Shown in pieces: positions 1-6,982 of a DNA stretch of 64,000 bases. Location: the sequence record NC_070998.1; one strand, 5' to 3'. The stretch's first letter is position 1, and every line of letters begins with the position of its first letter. Both the position numbers and the translations under genes were made by a program. Below the pieces are notes generated by a model, which saw only the letters and a list, made by a program, of their open reading frames with translations, ran no database searches and had not been told where the DNA came from.

Positions 1-52
1 ATAAACTTTGTACCGGATTGGGGATTTTGACTAACAAAATGGAGAAACGTAA

Positions 53-526
53 ATGAATGTAGCAGAAAGTTCGTTCAAAGAGTTAATGGGTGATATCCAA
101 GATTTTAGACCCATTCATGTTCGCGACATTATTATTGAAACTTTGAAAAATATTACTCATCAAAGTTTTGGTGACAAGAATATCTTTGAAAGCTCTTTGG
201 TGAATTTTAAAGAACGTGTTAAGTATAAGTACGAGTCATTCCCTAATCAAATTTCTAAAGAAAACTTTGAGGAAATAACAGATTTCCGTACCATCTACAG
301 AGAGTTTCTCTCAGGACTCTCTATTCCGTTGGAAACTCCAAAATGGTCGGTTGGTAGCCGAGCTAGGTTGGTCATAGCTATTCCTGACAATTTCCCTATT
401 CCACAGATCTCAATTCAGTTTTATGTTGACAATGTAGATAAATGGGTTTCTGTTCCCTGTCGCACTAATACAGTAAAAGAAACCATCATGAATCTCTTCC
501 CCCCAAGAATAACAAAGGTGTTTTAA
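53..526 (+). CDS. hypothetical protein
   Basis: 157-aa ORF with GGAG RBS upstream; stop overlaps next start (TAATG). Confidence 0.75.
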   Translation: MNVAESSFKELMGDIQDFRPIHVRDIIIETLKNITHQSFGDKNIFESSLVNFKERVKYKYESFPNQISKENFEEITDFRTIYREFLSGLSIPLETPKWSVGSRARLVIAIPDNFPIPQISIQFYVDNVDKWVSVPCRTNTVKETIMNLFPPRITKVF

Positions 527-1056
527 TGGAAAAGTTTAATGTAGTTCCCGTAGACCAATCTATTTTCGCCAAGGATTTTCCATTTCAAGAACCACTGATC
601 GATAGTGTTAGTCAAAATAAAGAACTTAATCTGGAAAGGGACTTTACCCTCTACCAGTTGTCCTTTAAGAACATCATTTTTGGTTTGGTCGCTGTTAACA
701 ATAAAACCAGCGATGATCTGGTAGAACTGCAAAAGCAAGTTTGTGGTATTAAGAAGTACAAACATCCCTTCCATGATGCTGTCCGGATTAGTCCTGTTTC
801 TGACCGGTATGGATATAAGTGGTTGGGCCAAGCTATTGCTAATTATGTTGGACAATCTCCTATCCAGGTACACTCATACATTAACCCTGATCAGAGTGTT
901 GGGATGTTGATGTGTTGTCCTCGTAAAGCTTTGCGTAAAGGGTTTGTTAACGCGGCAGTCTGGCAGGGTGTTAACGACCTTGATGGTGTAAAATTTGGTA
1001 AATACATCTATCCAATTCTGGAAGCTGGTGGGTTTATCAGTGTAGAAAAGGTATAG
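526..1056 (+). CDS. hypothetical protein
   Basis: 176-aa ORF translationally coupled to previous; followed by hairpin. Confidence 0.75.
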   Translation: MEKFNVVPVDQSIFAKDFPFQEPLIDSVSQNKELNLERDFTLYQLSFKNIIFGLVAVNNKTSDDLVELQKQVCGIKKYKHPFHDAVRISPVSDRYGYKWLGQAIANYVGQSPIQVHSYINPDQSVGMLMCCPRKALRKGFVNAAVWQGVNDLDGVKFGKYIYPILEAGGFISVEKV

Positions 1057-1067
1057 TATCAATTATT

Positions 1068-1095
1068 CTCTCTAACCGAATATTCGGTTAGAGAG
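1068..1095 (+). terminator. intrinsic terminator-like hairpin
   Basis: CTCTCTAACCGAA-TA-TTCGGTTAGAGAG, 13-bp perfect stem followed by TTTTATTT. Confidence 0.75.
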
Positions 1096-1123
1096 TTTTA
1101 TTTAAATCTAGGAGAGAAAAGAT

Positions 1124-1627
1124 ATGTTGCAACAAGTATGTGTTCATCAAGGTAAACGTCACCGCTTTTTCATTATGGAAGAACAAAATGTCTCTACTTT
1201 CGTTAACGCTGTTAACGACTGTAAACGTGATGACATTTATGTCACTGGTGCTATCGAGGACGCTGACCTGGATAAAAGGTTCTATTCCTCACATTACAAG
1301 CTTTGTTTTAGTGTCGAGCTGGGATTTGGAATTTTAGCCTATGGGTTAAAAGAAGCTGACGGTATAGGCATTCCAGGGTTTATCAATAAACACACCGATT
1401 GTCGCGAGAGTGTAAATAAACTGGGGATTGTAGAGTTTATTAGACAAGGTGAAATGAAGTTCCTACAGGGGAAAGAAGATCAAGCGACATTTGACTTCAG
1501 CGAAATATCTGACGAAAAGTTTCTCGACAAAACTATCATTGATAAGATTGATGAAACTTTACGTAAGGAAGGTCTTCAGTTAACTCCTTCCCAAATTCTG
1601 GTACTTAATAAATATATTAAGGAATAG
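1124..1627 (+). CDS. hypothetical protein
   Basis: 167-aa ORF, AGGAG RBS. Confidence 0.75.
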   Translation: MLQQVCVHQGKRHRFFIMEEQNVSTFVNAVNDCKRDDIYVTGAIEDADLDKRFYSSHYKLCFSVELGFGILAYGLKEADGIGIPGFINKHTDCRESVNKLGIVEFIRQGEMKFLQGKEDQATFDFSEISDEKFLDKTIIDKIDETLRKEGLQLTPSQILVLNKYIKE

Positions 1628-1630
1628 TGT

Positions 1631-1975
1631 ATGAAAGATATCGTAATCTTTCACTTACTTGCAGATATCGATAAAAGTAAAATTTTATATTACACTGGTG
1701 AACGAAGATTGGGTGACGTAGCTGAAATTCATCCCGTGGTGAATCTTGGTAAGCTAACCCATGAAGAAACCCGTGCGTTGGGTTTGATCCCGGAACCCAC
1801 TGTTACATTGGTTAATCACATTCCTACCTGTGATGTTTCCATAATCAACCAAGTTTGTAGAACAGTCGACAGTTTCTTTAAAGACAAAGCGTTTGAGGGC
1901 TGCCGAACACCAGCACCTTTTCGCAATGACAAAGCTATTTACAAGCAACATAAACGCCAGAGGAAACATAAATGA
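1631..1975 (+). CDS. hypothetical protein with basic C-terminus
   Basis: 114-aa ORF in co-directional run. Confidence 0.65.
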   Translation: MKDIVIFHLLADIDKSKILYYTGERRLGDVAEIHPVVNLGKLTHEETRALGLIPEPTVTLVNHIPTCDVSIINQVCRTVDSFFKDKAFEGCRTPAPFRNDKAIYKQHKRQRKHK

Positions 1976-2235
1976 GTATAAGAGAATTTATTATTCTGTT
2001 CTGCGGTTCTGCGATGTTTTTTGGGTTACTTCCGAACCTTATAGATAAAACAGGTAAGGAATTTGAAGTTACGTTAATGCTCTTTGGGCTATTTGCCTTG
2101 TGTCTTTTGCTAACCTGTGCCACTTACTACATAGAGTGGTTAATCAAAAAAGAAAATAAAAGGAGATTGAAGAAAGGTAGTAAAGATCAAAACGAAAACC
2201 TTAGCATATTAAGCGATTTTTTCAAAGATGATTAA
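1972..2235 (+). CDS. small membrane protein (2 TM)
   Basis: two hydrophobic segments then basic tail; ATGA overlap with previous stop. Confidence 0.65.
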   Translation: MSIREFIILFCGSAMFFGLLPNLIDKTGKEFEVTLMLFGLFALCLLLTCATYYIEWLIKKENKRRLKKGSKDQNENLSILSDFFKDD

Positions 2236-2246
2236 TATCCAAATAG

Positions 2247-2270
2247 TTTTAGATCTATATTATTTAAGTG
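2247..2270 (+). promoter_or_regulatory. putative early promoter (degenerate copy)
   Basis: TTTTAGATCTATATTATTTAAGTG resembles repeated TTCARACC-TATATTA motif. Confidence 0.45.
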
Positions 2271-2303
2271 TTATTCAACCATAATGTTTAAGGAATCTAG
2301 GAT

Positions 2304-2687
2304 ATGATGAACGAACTGAAAGCTCAAATCTTCAAAAAGAAACTCTTTGGTCTGAAACACAAGTTTCGTTTCCTCAAAGATGATGAAGTTATTCAAGAAG
2401 GTGATCTTCACTTTAAGGTTAGTGGGTACGGCGTTTTTGAATTTAAATCTCAAGATGGTCTGATGGAGTATTTGGAATATTGGTTCAAAGAAACTGAAGT
2501 TAGTAACTGGGAAGGCAAAGTCCTTAAATATCTTTCTGAAAACCTGGATAAATATCAGGAAGGTTACAAGTTGATCTTGATTGCAAGATTGCTCGATAGT
2601 CCTGAACATACAGGTCTTTGGACCGCCACTAGTTACGGTGAGCCAGTTACCGAGTTCCCACTGCGCGTGTTTGTACGTAAAATCTAA
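2304..2687 (+). CDS. hypothetical protein
   Basis: 127-aa ORF downstream of promoter motif. Confidence 0.7.
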   Translation: MMNELKAQIFKKKLFGLKHKFRFLKDDEVIQEGDLHFKVSGYGVFEFKSQDGLMEYLEYWFKETEVSNWEGKVLKYLSENLDKYQEGYKLILIARLLDSPEHTGLWTATSYGEPVTEFPLRVFVRKI

Positions 2688-2705
2688 TCTATAAAGGGTG
2701 ACAGT

Positions 2706-3056
2706 ATGAAAATTATTAAATATTTCTGGATAGTGTTTTTCCTTACAGTTTCGGGTGTACAGGCTAATCAACAAAACCCCATCAAACTCCAAACTGGCGA
2801 AGTTGGTAATTACCTAGTCGTAAGGCTGACCTCGCTTGTTGACCAAATAGTCATCAATAATGTAACTATTAATCGTGGGGCTTGCGAAAACCCGTCAATT
2901 GGAAATCCTAAGAAAGGAACGATATTGAAGTTCGGGCAAAGTAAAGATTGGCGATGGATGGTACATAACTCATATAACGGGAATAACTATCCGTGTGAAA
3001 TATTGGAAATAGCGATAAACACCAATGGTGGTGTTTTGACCTATACCCCACAGTAA
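2706..3056 (+). CDS. exported protein with signal peptide and Cys pair
   Basis: MKIIKYFWIVFFLTVSGVQA signal peptide; NRGAC and YPC cysteines. Confidence 0.7.
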   Translation: MKIIKYFWIVFFLTVSGVQANQQNPIKLQTGEVGNYLVVRLTSLVDQIVINNVTINRGACENPSIGNPKKGTILKFGQSKDWRWMVHNSYNGNNYPCEILEIAINTNGGVLTYTPQ

Positions 3057-3075
3057 ATAAAATAGGAGAATAAAA

Positions 3076-3513
3076 ATGCATCAAGTCAGCTTTCCTGTAA
3101 AAAGCGGGTGTATCAATATTTTTCTTATGGACTATAATGACCGTAATGGTAGAGTAGTACCGTGTTTGATTTTTATAGCTGGAGATACGCAGGAAGAACT
3201 GCTACAGGTTCCAGATAGTGTCTCAGATGTCTATAATCTTTCAGAACAAATCGAATATTACGTTGACGACCTGGAAGATTTGTATGACGTCATGAAATAT
3301 GACAATTTAGGATCTGAGAAAATAAGGGGAGTGATATTGGAAATTCTCAAAGATTCTGATTATGAACCCAGGTGCTTTGAGATTGAAGATAATAACTTCC
3401 AAGCCGTTTTGGTAATAGCTGAAAAGGGTTACGATGGAAAGCTTCGTGATCACTGGAATCCTGTAAACGAAGCCGATGCGTTTGAACGACTCTCCATTAT
3501 CGCTAATGTTTAA
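3076..3513 (+). CDS. acidic hypothetical protein
   Basis: 145-aa ORF, AGGAG RBS. Confidence 0.7.
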   Translation: MHQVSFPVKSGCINIFLMDYNDRNGRVVPCLIFIAGDTQEELLQVPDSVSDVYNLSEQIEYYVDDLEDLYDVMKYDNLGSEKIRGVILEILKDSDYEPRCFEIEDNNFQAVLVIAEKGYDGKLRDHWNPVNEADAFERLSIIANV

Positions 3514-3566
3514 ATAACAACGTTTACAATACTAAGCAATAAACAACCCACTAAAAGGAATAGAAG

Positions 3567-3944
3567 ATGATCAAAGGTATCAAACAAGGTCAGGTTGTAG
3601 TTGGTAAAGTTAAGCATCCTAAAGTAGGTATGTTTCCTACCAACCTCATTCTGTTTGCAGTAGAAGGTGAAGCGGAAGACCTTGGTCTGGATTTAGAGTG
3701 GGTTCAAGAACCTGTAGTGTTTGAAACCACCGTCGATCTTGGTCATCGAGATGGGTATGTAAAAGCCATCAAAGGCTATACGCGTACTCTGGATAAGGAG
3801 TTCGGTCGTAAACTGGAATGTTTGGCTGATTCAATTCATGGTTCATCTTCTAGTTACTTCTTTGACGTACTCGATTCGTCTCACTCCATCTGCTTGCTGT
3901 TGAGCAAAAACCACGGTGTGCAACTGGACGAACGCTGGAAATAA
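3567..3944 (+). CDS. hypothetical protein
   Basis: 125-aa ORF, AAGGA RBS. Confidence 0.7.
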   Translation: MIKGIKQGQVVVGKVKHPKVGMFPTNLILFAVEGEAEDLGLDLEWVQEPVVFETTVDLGHRDGYVKAIKGYTRTLDKEFGRKLECLADSIHGSSSSYFFDVLDSSHSICLLLSKNHGVQLDERWK

Positions 3945-3959
3945 GTATAGGAGAAAGAA

Positions 3960-4409
3960 ATGTTGAAATATCTTTATGGAAAACTTCCAGTTACTTCCAC
4001 ACTTAATCAAGGTTCTAAGGAAAAAATAGAGAGGGTTAGCGCCCTCCTCTTTTCTGTTCGCTGTGATGAGTTTCAACACCGCGACATGGAATTTGCGACG
4101 GCCTTTATCCCTTTCAACGGTGGCTTTGGAAACCTCCACCCAACTGATCCAGCCCGTCATTTTTATGGCGAAAGTATTTCTTGTAATGTTCAAACTGACC
4201 CTGACGTCATCGACAATATGATAGAGTTGAAAGAAACTGGAAATGTTTTTTACACCCACCCTAATGATAGTAAACACCGAGTGTTTGCCATTATCGAAAA
4301 GGGTGTAGGTTACCCTTGCAAAACCGGACGTGCTGGAGATTGGATTCCATGTTCTTTGCAAGAGATGGAAAAACTCTGTAACGAAGAACGCTCTACATTC
4401 CCTTATTGA
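3960..4409 (+). CDS. hypothetical protein, paralog of 4426-4845
   Basis: AGGAG RBS; shares HRDM, GGF and F(Y/F)GxSISCNV motifs with next ORF. Confidence 0.75.
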   Translation: MLKYLYGKLPVTSTLNQGSKEKIERVSALLFSVRCDEFQHRDMEFATAFIPFNGGFGNLHPTDPARHFYGESISCNVQTDPDVIDNMIELKETGNVFYTHPNDSKHRVFAIIEKGVGYPCKTGRAGDWIPCSLQEMEKLCNEERSTFPY

Positions 4410-4425
4410 GTATAGGAAAGAAAAT

Positions 4426-4845
4426 ATGTTTAAATATTTGGCTGGTCAATATTCTATCAACGAAGACGAAGGTATCTGTCAATCACTTTTACTCACAGTA
4501 AAACGTGATAGTTATCAACACCGCGACATGGCCGGTAATTTTGGTTATATTCCTCAGGTAGGGGGCTTCGCCGCGCTGCAACAAGAAACCCCGGATGAAA
4601 TGTTCTTTGGTGGATCGATATCTTGTAACGTCTCCACATCAAAAGAACTCAACCCTACTTTGATGGAACTGGTTAAAAACGGAAACATTTTCCATTGCTC
4701 CACTTATAAAGTAAAGGATGTATGGTTGTTTCTCGAAAAAGATTACACGCCAGAACCGGATGAAGGTGTTGAATTTAAACGAGTTACAATGGAAGAGTTC
4801 AAAGCTAGAACTGATGAACTCATCAACGATCCATATTACTTTTGA
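4426..4845 (+). CDS. hypothetical protein, paralog of 3960-4409
   Basis: start re-placed at ATG 4426 (MFKYLAG, matching MLKYLYG of paralog) behind AGGA RBS. Confidence 0.75.
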   Translation: MFKYLAGQYSINEDEGICQSLLLTVKRDSYQHRDMAGNFGYIPQVGGFAALQQETPDEMFFGGSISCNVSTSKELNPTLMELVKNGNIFHCSTYKVKDVWLFLEKDYTPEPDEGVEFKRVTMEEFKARTDELINDPYYF

Positions 4846-4853
4846 GGTGCAAA

Positions 4854-5216
4854 ATGGCTGAACCAGTAGCAAGATTCAATATCTATACTGTAAACGATTT
4901 GATCACTTATCTGTCAGCTTGTGTTAACCAGGACCAACTTGTTTCTGGAATGTATATAGTCAATCCAGATCCTGTTGTTCAAGAAGAGTACTCAACGAAG
5001 TTTGGACTAGTATTATCACAAGTTCCGGTTAAGTACCAACCTTACGAACTCGATATTGATCTTATCATTTCTGAGAACGTTACTATTGATCAAGTTATCG
5101 GTATTTTGAAGAAAGTTAAAGATCCGTTTACTTTGATTAAACATATTAGACTCAAAGGTGCAAGTAATAAAATTTATGCTTGTGTTGATGAGAACGGTTT
5201 TGTAATGCATGATTAA
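4854..5216 (+). CDS. hypothetical protein
   Basis: GAGGT RBS before ATG 4854; ends at palindrome. Confidence 0.65.
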   Translation: MAEPVARFNIYTVNDLITYLSACVNQDQLVSGMYIVNPDPVVQEEYSTKFGLVLSQVPVKYQPYELDIDLIISENVTIDQVIGILKKVKDPFTLIKHIRLKGASNKIYACVDENGFVMHD

Positions 5217-5225
5217 TAAGGTATT

Positions 5226-5255
5226 CCCAACCTAACCCAATTGGGTTAGGTTGGG
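5226..5255. terminator. perfect 30-bp palindrome, likely bidirectional terminator
   Basis: CCCAACCTAACCCAA|TTGGGTTAGGTTGGG between convergent genes. Confidence 0.75.
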
Positions 5256-5273
5256 TTCTTTTACATGTTTATT

Positions 5274-5873
5274 TTATTCTTGTAGATGAGGTTTATAATA
5301 AATAGGAACGACTCTATCATCCATGTTTAATGATTTAATTAAAACACTCCCAGAACGCTCTGTAACGGGATCTTTAGTATCAGGTATAGTAAGTGTCATC
5401 TCGTACCAATGGATCTTCCCAAGAAGCTGATAAACCGCCTCTATGGTTTTATTGCCTGGATCTAGAACAAGTACCTGCTCTACCGTGTCAGTTAACTGGT
5501 ACAGTCCAACGGAAACATCTTGGGTTTTTATTGCGTCTCTTAATTTGCTCTCTGTGTATTCTGCTAATGGCTTAACATTAAAATCAGTTAAGATATCATT
5601 GAACGTTACTTTCTCAATAATTGCATCAGCGTGAAAGAACCCTCTGGTTCTTGATACAAAACAGGCTCTAATCTTACCATTATCAAACCTAATACCAGGT
5701 TCTATTTGTACGTCCGTATGACGAAGATCTTCATATCTCTGTTTAGCAACTTTGATCTTTTCTTCATTACCTTCCGCAATAATGAGTGTTAATTGATTTT
5801 CTAGATATTTCTTTATTGAACTAAATAATGGATCATAAATTTTCTTATATTTAATAGATTCTTCATAAATCAT
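5274..5873 (-). CDS. hypothetical protein
   Basis: 199-aa ORF with AGGA RBS; fills the gap between palindrome and divergent promoter. Confidence 0.7.
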   Translation of the reverse strand: MIYEESIKYKKIYDPLFSSIKKYLENQLTLIIAEGNEEKIKVAKQRYEDLRHTDVQIEPGIRFDNGKIRACFVSRTRGFFHADAIIEKVTFNDILTDFNVKPLAEYTESKLRDAIKTQDVSVGLYQLTDTVEQVLVLDPGNKTIEAVYQLLGKIHWYEMTLTIPDTKDPVTERSGSVLIKSLNMDDRVVPIYYKPHLQE

Positions 5874-5946
5874 GTTAATTCCTTACTTAGTGTACTATTC
5901 TAAGAAGAATGTTAAAAGTCATTCAAACGATCTTAAATTGATAGCC

Positions 5947-5978
5947 CTATATTTTTTCAAGCAGATATTATTAAGTTG
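5947..5978 (+). promoter_or_regulatory. putative early promoter
   Basis: CTATATTTTTTCAAGCAGATATTATTAAGTTG matches repeated motif. Confidence 0.55.
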
Positions 5979-6006
5979 AGTAAGTATAGAGTATTAAGGA
6001 ATATAC

Positions 6007-6510
6007 ATGTCAAACACCGCGTTCATAAGCGATCTACATTTAGATCACCCAAAGGCATTGCAGGTAAGAGGTTGGTTTCCTACCCTAAAGGAATACCAGG
6101 AATATGTTTGCGACATTTGGGTTGATAAAGTCACACCAAGAACTACCATATATCTTTTAGGTGATATTGCTTTCACTTGGGAAGGTTTAGGTATTCTAAA
6201 GAAGTTACCTGGAAAGAAGCTTCTTGTGTGTGGTAATCACGATCACACACGTAATTCAACTAGAGATCTATTAGAAGTTTATAAAGAGATTTATGGACTT
6301 CACAGACATCGTTCGGGTCTGTGGTTAAGTCACGCCCCAATTCATCATTCGGAACTACGTGGTAAATTGAATGTACATGGACATACACATGAAAAGGTCA
6401 TACAAGATCCTAGGTACATAAACGTCGCCATAGATCATTTAAGAAATGGTCCAGTTGATTTGGAATTAATTAGATCTGGTGAGTATAGAACATGGAGAGA
6501 TAATAAATGA
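6007..6510 (+). CDS. calcineurin-like metallophosphoesterase
   Basis: motifs DLH, GD, GNHD, SHAP and HGHTH in canonical order. Confidence 0.9.
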   Translation: MSNTAFISDLHLDHPKALQVRGWFPTLKEYQEYVCDIWVDKVTPRTTIYLLGDIAFTWEGLGILKKLPGKKLLVCGNHDHTRNSTRDLLEVYKEIYGLHRHRSGLWLSHAPIHHSELRGKLNVHGHTHEKVIQDPRYINVAIDHLRNGPVDLELIRSGEYRTWRDNK

Positions 6511-6980
6511 GTGAAGGTTCTATAAAGGTAATGGAGATTGAGTTTAAGATTGCCGTGCGTTCTCTAAGGTTTAGATTGGAAGAGGATTACGATACATTCT
6601 ACCAGAAAGCCCCTGATTCAGACAGAACCGATTTCTGTGTAAAGATGTTAGGGATTGTACCTACACATAAGGAAGCTGGAAGGTATATTGTCCCTAAGTT
6701 GCTCAAAGTTCTTGACAGTATTAACAATGGTAAACTTCACACTCTTCTTTCTAATGAAAGGGACTGCCGTGAAACTAACATGTTGTTGCAAACAGAATTT
6801 TGTAGATCAGTTACAAAGATTGATTATAAGGGAAATTTAGATTTCTTTATAAATAGAGATATCAACATCCCTGAATCAAGAACTGTGTTAAAGGACATGT
6901 TCGACCTGATAGTATTTGTAGAAGCCATTAATCGGTTTATTAAGATCGAGTCAATTAAACCAATCTTCACTGGAGTGTAA
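6507..6980 (+). CDS. hypothetical protein
   Basis: 157-aa ORF coupled to phosphoesterase. Confidence 0.65.
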   Translation: MSEGSIKVMEIEFKIAVRSLRFRLEEDYDTFYQKAPDSDRTDFCVKMLGIVPTHKEAGRYIVPKLLKVLDSINNGKLHTLLSNERDCRETNMLLQTEFCRSVTKIDYKGNLDFFINRDINIPESRTVLKDMFDLIVFVEAINRFIKIESIKPIFTGV

Positions 6981-6982
6981 TA

